In this document: positions 26,969-37,285 of the stretch, piece after piece | Layout: every line of letters starts with the position of its first letter | Numbering within the stretch: position 1 is the first letter of the stretch | Source of the DNA: Octopus sinensis | Lineage: Eukaryota | Direction of reading: 5' to 3' | Assembly (NCBI RefSeq): GCF_006345805.1 | Contig: NW_021835929.1 | Span: 1-37,285, forward strand | DNA: 37,285 bases | Made by a program: the position numbers and the translations under genes | The notes under the pieces: generated by a model | What the model saw: the letters and a program-made list of their open reading frames with translations, nothing else | Told to the model about the DNA's origin: nothing | Database searches by the model: none

Positions 26969-28690
26969 GTCATAGTGTCAAGCCACGAGCAGAACGAGCT
27001 GGTCGGCGAGACACTGAAAGACTACGAAGCGGTGACAAGAGCAAAAATCAACCGGGAAAAGTCAGTGGGCTTGCGGCTCGGCACCTGGAGAAGCAGGCCC
27101 ATGCCGTCCACCAGTACCTCCGTCGTGGGACGCTGGACCGACGGCCCGGTTGAGTTGCTCGGGGTCTGGTTCGGTCCGGACCTCCAAATGGAGAAGAACT
27201 GGAACGAGATAACGAGTAGGGTGGTCACTCTCGCCCGGCAATGGGCCGAGAGGAAACTGTCCCTAAAAGGTCGGGCGGAGGTGGCGAACACGTACATCAC
27301 GTCCATCATCTACTACCGCCTGACCGTCGTACCTTGTCCCGACCCTACCATCACCAAACTAGAACGCATTCTCTTCAGCTTCTTGTGGAAAGGATGCGTC
27401 CCGATGGTCAGGCGATCCATTTGCTGTCAACACCCGTTAAAAGGAGGGCTGGGCATGCCATGGTTGATGATGCGCAGACACGCGCTGAGACTGCGACATC
27501 TCCGGCTCTATGTAGACGATGGTGAACAGGTGTGGTCGCCGTTTGTGAGGCACGCGTTCCCGCAGCTCGTCTCCATGACCGAACTGCAGTCGTGGATCAA
27601 AAAGAGGCCGAGGAAGGGCGAATGGCATCGCGAGTGTCGCGTTGCTCTCAAGCAACTCTGCCGTCCCGGGTCGACTTTGAGTGACTTCAACACAACCAAA
27701 GCATTCTATAGGGGATTAGTGGAGGGGAGGTACGACGACGATCTTGGGGCAAACCTGGGCGTCGACGAGGAATACCTGACCCGCCTGTTTCAAACGACTT
27801 TCGGCCCGGGATCTATGGACAACTTCCAGAGATCCCTGGCCTGGCGGTGCTACCGAGAAGCGCTACCCGTTCGGGATAAGCTCTATAGGCATGGCTCGAG
27901 AAACACGGGGCCGACCTGCCCCAGATGCGGGCAGAGCGACGAAACAGCTCTGCACGCAATCGTGCAGTGTCCAACAATCTCCGACCTGTGGGCTTATGTC
28001 GAACGACTGCTGTCACGTGTGGGACGTATCGGTTTATAAGCCGAGTCTATCGTTAATATCGTTACGCCTCCTTCCTTCAAACGGGAAGGAAGAGCTATTT
28101 TTATCATCCTTGTGGCTATGGCGAAAGAATGTATCTGGTGGACGCGCCTGAAAGGATTAGAGACAAACACTTTCCCCTCTGGTCAATATCTCATCAACTT
28201 CTTCACTTGAGAGTAGAGAGGCAAGTTTTGTCTAGTGAATGTTTTAAAAAAAGATGGGTGAATGTAGCAAGGATGGCACGTATGAATGACGAAGCCACCT
28301 TGACTATGATTCTATGAACCGTAAAAATTAATACAGAGAGTTGCTTATTTGCAAAAAAAAAAAAGAAATATAACTTGTGACTTCATTGACCGAGGTTACC
28401 GTGGTCTTTTCCGTAGGCTTTTCTTTCCACGGGTAAACCTCACCTGTTCTCTCCCCTTTACACTTCATATTGACATTTCTGGATAGACGATCCCTATTGA
28501 TTCATTTTTTTCTTTCCCTCCCTCTCCCTCCCCCCTTTAAAAAATTTTTTATCCCCCCCCTTTTTGTCCTCGTTCTTTCCTTTTACGATCCCTTTTGATC
28601 GAGAACCAACCCCCTATTTTTACCCCCAAAGAAAAGCTCTACCTTGTAATTTGTCCTGACTGTGTGCAGCCCTGTGTGGCTAATAAAGAA

Positions 28691-28691
<1 letters not shown>
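26969..28691 (+). mobile_element. 5'-truncated L1/Tx1-type non-LTR retrotransposon, copy 2 (post-YADD RT, CCHC knuckle, 3' UTR)
   Basis: Starts three bases after the YADD-V codons of copy 1. Open frame includes INREKS, LLGVWFG, PLKGGLGMP and CPRCGQSDETALHAIVQC. Premature TAA at 28037-28039 where copy 1 has TCA; natural stop at 28315-28317. Ends AATAAAGAAA, followed by (TCTA)n. Confidence 0.93.
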
Positions 28692-28731
<40 letters not shown>

Positions 28732-28800
28732 CCGACCTACTTAACTACTTGTCTGTCTGTCAGCCTGTCTGTCTGGCAGTCTGTCTGTCTATTTATCAAT
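28692..28800. repeat. (TCTA)n then ACCT/GTCT repeats flanking the 3' end of copy 2
   Basis: Directly visible. Confidence 0.9.
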
Positions 28801-29082
28801 CAATATATCTACATCTGTAAACATACATCCACCCACGTGACTTCGATTCGCACGAGAACGTTATTTCTGTGTGTGAGTGAACTCTTTGTACTGCAACAGT
28901 CCAAAGAGACAAAGAATTCAATTAAATTCATCCATAAACCAACCCTATCCCCCTACATAACAACATATACACAAAAGCCAACATAAACACACATATACAC
29001 TACCCTTCTGTGTACACATATATATTTGTGTATATATATACACACACGAATATATATTTATATATATATATATATATATATA

Positions 29083-29685
29083 CTAGCAGAGATACTCGGC
29101 GTTGCACGGTTACATTCAATTGACGAATTAGACTTTTCTGTTATATTTTCTGTAATGAACTGGAATATCTATGTTTCGAATTTCATCAAAATTGCAGATG
29201 TGGGTTATTTCCCTCTTTACACACCCTAAAAAATTTGTAATCGTGCCACATGTATCCCATACAACTGATTTTTATGCGCATATTCCAAAATTCCAGTGTT
29301 ATTGAACCTGTTAAAAAGATTTTGCTCCTGAAAAAGGAAGGTCATGGAGCTCTAAAATGTGAGAGTTAAGGCCCCTGTTTGGGGTGGGCATCTTAATGTC
29401 AAGCAGAGAAGTTGAATTGTTGAAAATCTTTTTAACTTGGGTGTTATTTCTATTGTTTGAATTTCTTTGAAATAGGAAATATATGTTCACTGGGTTTGTA
29501 AATGAGAGCAAAGCTACAGGAACCAAAGACAAATGATCACAATAAGCAGTCAGTACCCTACCCCTAGTCGTTACTTGAAGTAACGGTTCAGAACTATGTT
29601 ATATATATATATAATATATATATTATATATATATATATTATATATATATATAATATATATATATATATATACACATAGGTATACA

Positions 29686-29729
<44 letters not shown>

Positions 29730-30177
29730 GACACACACACATACACACACACACACATACACATACACACACACATACACATACACACACAAAGATAAAT
29801 TGATAGATACAACTGAGTGGGCAAACAAAAATATGAGACACTTTGTAGTGCTGTTTTATATTTTGATAAGCCTGGTACTTAAACTATCAATTTCCTCTTG
29901 TGAAACCAGTAAGTTATGGGGATGTAAATAAACGAACACCAGTTGTGAAGCAGTAATGAGGGAGAAACACGAAGACACACACATAGACTTACATATATAC
30001 ATACATATATATACAATTGATTTCTTTCAGTTTCTGTCAACAAAATCCACTGACAAGGCTTTGGTTGGTCTCAGGCTATAGCAGAAGACACATGCCAAGT
30101 TACAACACAGTGGGACTGAACTGAGGACCATATATTTTAGAACCAAGTTTGTTACCACACAGCCACACCTGCACTTA

Positions 30178-30221
<44 letters not shown>

Positions 30222-30357
30222 TATGGGTGTATATATGTATGCATATATATATATGTGTATATATATGTATATATATGTGTATATGTTACATGTACATCTA
30301 TATATACATCTAGACATACATGTTTACATATACATGTATGCATATACATGTATATAT

Positions 30358-30439
<82 letters not shown>

Positions 30440-30685
30440 CATCCATATACATACAATAGAGAGATGCTTTTGTTTCACTTTTAACACGTAATACTGAAAT
30501 AGTGGAGAAGATGTGATATAGCTGTCGGCTCGCCCTAGGCAAGAAGTTAAACATTTTTTGCCCATTACACTACATGGACCCTAAGTAAGGCATGTGTAAA
30601 ATTTGAATGAAATTGGTTGTGTAGTTCTCAAGTTTTAGGGAAATACACAGACAGACAGACACACATTCTCAGTTTTATATATAGA
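29083..30685 (-). mobile_element. Possible composite non-autonomous Helitron (3' end at 29083, 5' end at 30685), or two separate end remnants
   Basis: CTAG + hairpin-like CTCGGCGTTGCACGG at 29083-29108. The terminus ...CAGACAGACACAC..TTTTATATATAGA|T at 30685 resembles the 5' end of 21368-21764. Confidence 0.5.
29868..30174 (-). mobile_element. SINE family A, diverged
   Basis: AAGCCTGGTACTT, TCTTTCAGTTTC, AAATCCACT..CAAGGCTTTGGT, CAGTGGGACTGAAC, TTACCACACAGCCA. Confidence 0.8.
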
Positions 30686-31301
30686 TATTTACATATGTGC
30701 ATAAAAATATATACACATATAAATACAATTTTCAAATACAAATTAAACCTTACTTCTGTGTATTTTTAGTAATCACATATTTTAACTTCCCTGGGAAAGT
30801 AAACAAAATGTTCATTTTCACAGGAGGCAAAATTTTGTGTTTAAAGATATACGCGAATAGAATTCACCTATATATACGCGAATAGAGTTCACCTAAAACA
30901 AACAAAATAAAACAAAATACAAAATACAAATTACATGAACATATAAAAAATTACAAATTACATGAACATATATAAACAGAAGATACAAATATTACAGGCA
31001 TCCCCCCACATACACACACTAAATAAACATAAACGCACATAGAGATATAAGCATGCGCAAATGAAGACATACAATAAAAATACAAAATGGCTGACGGTTA
31101 GTAAGGAGAGACACAAATAAGTAAGAAGAAAACAAAGGACCACTGATGCGGTCACAGGAGTGTGACGAAAGAACTCTGGCCGAAATAAGATTAAGATTAA
31201 TGTAAAAATAAATAACACCGAAGCAAAGTAACACCAAATATATAGTGCGTATGTTTTTATTGGCTAAACTGGCAAAATGACCATTCCTAAATACAACAAT
31301 G

Positions 31302-31362
<61 letters not shown>

Positions 31363-31418
31363 TGTATATTATACATATATACATACATATGTATATATGT
31401 GTAGATATATATACATAC

Positions 31419-31453
<35 letters not shown>

Positions 31454-31743
31454 ATAATATATATATATATATTATACATATATACATACATATGTAATAT
31501 GTATATATGTGTGTATATGTGTGTGTTACGTATGTATATAGATTCGTGCGAGTGTGTGTGTGTGTTTCTGAAGATAAGATCTGTGCGTGGGTGGAAATAA
31601 ATGAAAGAAAGAGCTTTAAAGGAAATAGGTCTACGAAAGACCTTACAAATGGAGAAAGACAATTTAATTAAGGGACAGAATAGAAAAATACTGCGAGAAA
31701 GAATAGAAAAATACTGCATTTTTCAAAGTGGTCATGATAACCC

Positions 31744-31955
31744 TTTCCAATATAGGCACAAGTCCTGAAATTTTGAGGGTGGAGGCTAGTCGATTATATC
31801 AAATCCAGGGCTCAACATGTACGTCTTTCATAGACCCCGAAAGGATGAAGGGCAAAGTATACTTCGGTAGGATTTGAACACAGAACGTAAAGAGCTGGAA
31901 GAAATGCTGCTAAGCATTTTATCCGACACGCCAACGACTCTGTCCGCTCGACGCC
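31744..31955 (-). mobile_element. SINE family B
   Basis: TAGGCACAAG.CCTGAAATTTT, GACCCCGAAAGGATGAA, GGATTTGAA..CAGAACGTA and TAAGCATTT are homologous to 24001-24345. Confidence 0.8.
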
Positions 31956-32550
31956 CTCTGCAAAGAAAATAATGAAAGCGTGGATAACTGTATATCTGAA
32001 GCAATGAGGAAATGTCCGTTTGTAGAGTAAGTGTAATATACATAAGTGTAATGTTTGTAGAGTAAGTGTAGAGTGTATGAGGCCATTGTAATAGAAAAAT
32101 GAAATGGTAGCTCTTCACTTCGCTTTAGATAGGAGAAAATTAATTTGAATGCCGACTATACCGGCATGTGTAGTTCTGAAAAGCCCCCGCGACAAAAGAC
32201 CTCACATCTAGCACATCTGGTCAAAATGCAAAGGGTTAAATATGAATCTGCTGACGGGGTAGAGTGTTGATTACATTTCAGTAACGTTGAAAATGGTTTA
32301 AATTATATTTATCTAAGAAATATTACACTGTGAACCACCTTAAGCAATTAATAAAGAGAAAGACCAATCTAGTCATGCTTAAAGAACATGAGATATCTGT
32401 TATCTCTATTCGCTGCTACAGGACAAAAAAGAAAACCAAAACCATTGGCCTCAGACAACGGGAAACGTGTCTGCCTATCTTGCCCTCTGTTCCCAGGCTT
32501 ACAACTAAAGTCCGCTGTAAAATGCTGCGTCCGAGTTCATAGAGACAAGC

Positions 32551-32733
32551 GGATTTTTATTATAACCCTTCATCGGAGACGGTGTGAGAAAATGGTGAAG
32601 CAATAGTTAATTTAGATAAGATACGAAATAGAGAGTGAAGTAGATCTTATCTAAATTAATTGTTGCTTAAACATTTTCTCACACCGTCTCCGATGAAGGG
32701 ATATAATAAATATCCTGGAAACAGATGTAAGAT
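32551..32733. repeat. Inverted repeat (~72 bp arms, ~21 nt loop) with a hammerhead-like core at the right arm; possible Penelope pseudo-LTR remnant
   Basis: 32551-32622 pairs with 32644-32715. CCGATGA...GAAAC core at 32690-32722. Confidence 0.6.
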
Positions 32734-32801
32734 CTTCTATTTATAAATGTTCTAAAATCTTCACAACTTTGTTTTTTTATCTCGTTCTGAAAAAAAAAAA
32801 T

Positions 32802-32842
<41 letters not shown>

Positions 32843-33343
32843 TTTGTGTGTGTATGCTTGTATATATATTAGCGGAGATAAAACTCGTCTCGATATGTCG
32901 TTAGCTGTGAGAATATGCCATTGGTAAGGTTCAACTCAGTCGAAATACATCTGCCGTTCACCCTAGCTGCTACTGGAAAGATGTTCGTCTGCCTCCGCTA
33001 TATATCGTGTTATTAATTATTTCACGACTTCAAGAATTGTTATCTCCGCTCAAGCACTGTAATAATTGGTCTTTTAACGATGTATATACATTAAACGCGA
33101 TATATTGATGGCTATTCCACAAATATTCTATGGTTTTGGAAAAGTTTATCTTAAAAAGACTTTAAAAAAATAAAAGTTAGACAATATAAGGACAATATCA
33201 CAAGACTATGATAGATGTATATTATGTTAACATATGGATATCTGGTTGCAGTGCAGTAGTAGAATTGTAAAAGCAAATCTTTGAAATTATCTTCTGTCAC
33301 AAAAATAATCATTTTTTTCAAGGCAGGATCTATTTTGATTATA

Positions 33344-33843
33344 TTGGGTTGTCCGGAAAGTTCGTACCGATTTATAGTAGCTTACCTTTCGACTTATTTT
33401 AGAAGATGGTTGAGTCCATAAAATAGGATTTGACTACACCTCCATTTAGAGCACAGTTTAAGCTATTTTTTCGTGGAAGAAGGTTTATGTTCCTATAACC
33501 TGTGTTAATTCTGTAACCCTTTAAAATGGAAAATAAGAAAGTTCATTTTTCGGCACTTGATGCTTTGGGAACCAGACAAAAATTGCTGCAGCTCGGCTTG
33601 AATGTTTTACCCCAACCTCCACATTCACCAGATATTGCTCTTTCGGATGACGTAAAAAGATACCTTGATGAATTCTTTGCCATGAAACCTTCTCAATTCT
33701 GGGAAGGGGGTATTTTCAAGTTAAAGGAAATATGGAGATGCAACAAAATGGTTCATATTTGGTTGATTAAAAATGCAATGGCAAGTATTTATTGACCTTT
33801 TTCTTTCCTTTAAAAGTCGGCACGAACTTTCCGGACAACCCAA
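33344..33843 (+). mobile_element. Internally deleted mariner element with TIRs and TA target-site duplication
   Basis: TIR TTGGGTTGTCCGGAAAGTTCGT.CCGA at both ends, with TA at 33342-43 and 33844-45. ORF 33526-33795 fuses an N-terminus (MENKKVHF) to LPQPPHSPDIALSD and FWEGGIFKL..W (mariner YSPDLAPSD motif and C-terminus). Confidence 0.92.
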
Positions 33844-34272
33844 TATATATATATATATATTTCGGTTGAATTCGAATAAAATGATTCAATGTCGTGGTAA
33901 CTATTTACGTTGCTGTAAAATTTGTGATCTGTGACGTTCGTAGTTCTTACCCCAATGCCACAAATAGTGTATATGAGAAGTAGCAGCACCGACAGTGAAT
34001 CCAAGACAATCGCGAGAGAAATGTTAGAAAGGAAACATTTCCGAAACTCAAATAAAAGAGAAAAAAAAAATTTTATTGGAAGAATTTTTTATCGGATTTC
34101 TCTCCGACATAAACCAGCAAATATATTTGGTCTTTTGGTTTGTCTTACAAACCTTAGCTTATCTAGTACTTAATAAGATGATGCCGCAGACTGGTCAACG
34201 GTATTCTAGCCTTCCCACTTCCGTAATTTTTCTGTGCAAGGAGTACCACGAACTATAACCTAAATACTTTTC

Positions 34273-34356
34273 CTTTTGCAATTGTAGTTTTCGAAGAGTC
34301 TTTTGCAGTCTTTTGCAGTAGTTTTCGTAGAGTCTTTTGCAATTGTAGTTTTCGAG
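34273..34356. repeat. Short imperfect tandem repeat (TTTTGCAATTGTAGTTTTCG / AGAGTCTTTTGCA)
   Basis: Directly visible. Confidence 0.7.
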
Positions 34357-34766
34357 AATCCATATCACTAACGAAATAAGGATCCTCCTTTCAAACCGAA
34401 CGCGGCCATAACCTCGGTTATTTTATTTGTTTGAATGAATCTTTACGTTTCTGTATGACTGTGATATTCTGATTGATCGTTGGAATCCATAAACTGTGAA
34501 ACTACAAATATGCCCCTTAAATGGCCTACTGAGTGTTTTGTTCGAGTTTATGAGTAACGCATATCGGAACGAAATGACAGCGCAGGAGAGACAAAGCAAT
34601 CCAGCCCCAACCAGCTCCAAAAGTCCAATGCGATTCTTGCCATCGGCTGTTTAGAGCAAGAAATGGGCTTATTAAAATTCAGAAAGTCCATCATCCCCTA
34701 CAGCAGAAATGATCCTTCCCCACTCTTCCGCACCCAATTGTACTAAAAACTCGGAAACGAGTCCTT

Positions 34767-36125
34767 GCCGCCGTCGCCGCCACCTCCGCCGCCTCCGCCG
34801 TCTCCACCGCCTCCGTCGCCTCCACTGCCTCCGCCGCCTCCACTGCCTCCGCCGCCACCGCCTCTGCCGCCACCGCCTCTGCCGCCACCGCCTCTGCCAC
34901 CGCGACATCTGCCGCCGCCGCCTCTGCCGCCGCAGCCTCTGCCGCCGCCGCCCTGGCCGCCGCGCCTCTGCCGCCGCCGCCTCTGCGCCGCCGCCTCTGC
35001 CGCCGCCGCCTCTGCCGCCGCCGCCTCTGCCGCCGCCGCCTCTGCCGCCGCCGCCTCTGCCGCCGCCGCCTCTGCCGCCGCCGCCTCTGCCGCCTCACCT
35101 CTGCCGCCGCCGCCGCTTGCCGCCGCGCTCTCGCCGCCCGCCTCTGCCGCCGTCTGCCGCCGCCTCTGCCGCCGCCTCTGCCGCCGCAGGCCTATGCCGC
35201 CGCCTATGCCGCCGCCTATGCCGCCGCCTATGCCGCCGCCGCCTCTGCCGCCGCCGCCTCTGCCGCCGCCGCCGCTGCGCGCCGCCTCTTGCCGCCGCCG
35301 CCTCTGCCGCCGCCGCCGCCTCTGCCGCCGCCGCCGCCTCTGCCGCCGCCGCCGCCGCCGCCTCTGCCGCCGCCGCCTCCGCCGCCGCGCCTCTGCCCCG
35401 CCGCCGCCTCTCCGCCGCCCGCCTCTGCCGCCGCCGCCTCTGCCGCCGCCGCCTCTGCCGCGCCGCCTCTGCCGCCGCCGCCTCCGCCTCTGCCGCCGCC
35501 GCCTCTGCCGCCGCCTCCTCTGCCGCGCCGCCTCTGCCGCCGCCGCCGCCGCCTCTGCCGCCGCCGCCGCCTCTGCCGCCGCCGCCTCTGCTCCGCCGCT
35601 TCTGCCGCCCCCGCCGCCGCCTCTGCCGCCGCCGCCTCCTGCCGCCCCCCCCCCCGCCTCTGCCGCCGCCGCCTCTGCCGCCTCTGCCGCCGCCGCCTCT
35701 GCCGCCTCTGCCGCCGCCGCCTCTGCCGCCGCCGCCTCCTCTGCCGCCGCCGCCTCTGCCGCCGCCGCTTCTGCTGTTGCCGCCGCCTCCGCTGTCGCGG
35801 TCACCTCCCCCACCTCCGCCGCCGCCGCCTCTGACACTGGCACCTTGCCGCCGCTGCCACATCTGTCACCGCCGCCGCCGCCTCCGCCGCCTCCGCTGTC
35901 ACCGCCACCTCCGCTGTCACCGCCACCTCCGCCGCATCTGCCGCCGCCACATCTGCCACCGCCGCCTTTGCCGCTGCCGCCTGCGCCGTCACCGCCTTCT
36001 CCATCATCACCGCCGCCCCCGCCCCCGCCTTCGCCGCATCCGCCGCCCCCACCGTCGCCTCCACCTCCCCCGCCGCCTCCTCCTTCGCCACCGCAACCAC
36101 TTCCGCCACCGCCGACGACGACGGC
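34767..36125. repeat. GC-rich array of (GCC)2-5 TCT units, about 1.36 kb
   Basis: GCCGCCGCCTCT recurs throughout. The long ORFs in many frames are poly-Pro/Ala/Arg/Gly translations of it. Confidence 0.92.
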
Positions 36126-36175
36126 GAATGTATACATGTGAAAAAGTTTGCTTATATGTAACCTTTATTATTTAT

Positions 36176-36582
36176 CTTTTACTTGTTTCGGTCATTAGAC
36201 AGCGCCCATGCTGGGGCTCCGCCTTGAAGAATTTATAGGTGAATGTATCGACTCCAGTATATTTTTAAGTTGGTACTTGTCCTATCGATCACTTTTGCCG
36301 AACTGATTGGTTACGGGCCATAAACACACCAACATCGCTTGTCAAACGGTGGAGGTGGGTGTCAAACACAGACACACATACATAGATATATATATAAATA
36401 TATAGACACATGTATATACGACGGAATTCTTTCAGTTTCCTTCCACTAAATCCACTCACAAGGCTTTGGTCTGTTCGAGGCTATATTAGAAAACACTTCC
36501 TCAAGGTGCCACGCAGTAGGACTGAACTCGGAACCATGTGGTTGGGAAGCAAACTTCTTACCACACAGCCATGCCTGCGCCT
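36176..36582 (-). mobile_element. SINE family A, near full length
   Basis: Head AGGCGCAGGCATGGCTGTGTGGTAAGAAG..GAGTTCAGTCC, CCTTGAGGAAGTG, conserved tail ...TGACCGAAACAAGTAAAAG. Confidence 0.88.
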
Positions 36583-37058
36583 GCGTATTTATGTGACAGA
36601 ATGTTTTCTGAACCCTATCAGTTCTACGTGAACCAGTGTAAGTTGTTGCACGATCAGGTCAGAAGCGCTTAAACCGATCCACATCGAAAATTTCAAGAAA
36701 ACCGATCGACAAAAACATAATAAATTTTAAAGAACAGATGAACCTAGTCTAGGGCCACCGGGTTTTAGAAATGTCGGGATAGTGTTCTCTGCTCTTTAAT
36801 ACGACAGAGATTGAGGCTAGCTCTTCTTTCGTTGTTGAATGTCTCTAAGTAAAACATAATCTGTTATTAAAGCCATTAATATTATTGATCGAGAGAACTA
36901 CTTTCACTTTCACAACTAAAGAGAGTTCACCGCGAGTATTGTTGGTAGCAGAAAATATTGTTAGACTCACGATGATAAAATCGCGGATTTATGCTTCGTC
37001 CGGAGGGTACGGTTTGCTATTCACCATTGCACCTTTTCACACGGATACATTAACCTAG

Positions 37059-37216
37059 TATTATTATTATTATTATTATTATATTATTATTATTATTATT
37101 ATTATACAGATTTTTATCTGATTTTCTTTTCTCATGTTTCCTGAGGTTCTTCTTTTTTCCACGCATTCTTTCTTCCTCCTCTCTGATGATCTTTGTGTTT
37201 GCGTTTTGTCCTTCAC

Positions 37217-37284
<68 letters not shown>

Positions 37285-37285
37285 T
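37059..37285. repeat. (TTA)n and terminal (TTTC)n microsatellites
   Basis: Directly visible. Confidence 0.9.

Noticed and set aside
30848-30975. Small direct duplications (ATATACGCGAATAGA.TTCACCT x2; TACAAATTACATGAACATATA x2)
   Set aside because: Ordinary slippage duplications with no further structure.
32200-32239. piggyBac-like end (AAAGGG-TTAA)
   Set aside because: No matching opposite end found in the window.
32871-33050. 11 bp inverted repeat AGCGGAGATAA / TTATCTCCGCT as a MITE
   Set aside because: Short, with no clear target-site duplication; could be chance or an unrecognisable relic.
34709-36238. Long 450-510 aa ORFs as formin/extensin/protamine-like genes
   Set aside because: GCC repeats contain no stop codons in any frame. 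There is no flanking domain or consistent reading frame.

Overview
Eukaryotic, AT-rich, extremely microsatellite-dense non-coding DNA. The repeat landscape (abundant tRNA-derived SINEs with internal CA/GT tracts, mariner and Helitron derivatives, long TA/CA/GATA/CAC arrays) resembles an octopus/coleoid cephalopod genome; this is an inference. I found no intact host protein-coding gene, and almost all ORFs in the track are translations of simple repeats. Real coding remnants come only from mobile elements: two 5'-truncated copies of an L1/Tx1-type non-LTR retrotransposon (8200-10822 minus; 26969-28691 plus), three mariner remnants, and a Penelope-like endonuclease C-terminus. The strongest signal is that both Tx1-like copies sit inside (TATC)n/(GATA)n microsatellites on both sides, in the same orientation relative to the repeat and with no poly(A) tail. 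This suggests a GATA-microsatellite-targeting retrotransposon family. Other notable structures are a ~4 kb cryptic degenerate satellite with a higher-order duplication, a ~165 bp fold-back carrying a hammerhead-ribozyme-like core, a symmetric mariner derivative built from two 5' ends, modular SINE chimeras, and a 1.36 kb (GCC)nTCT array.
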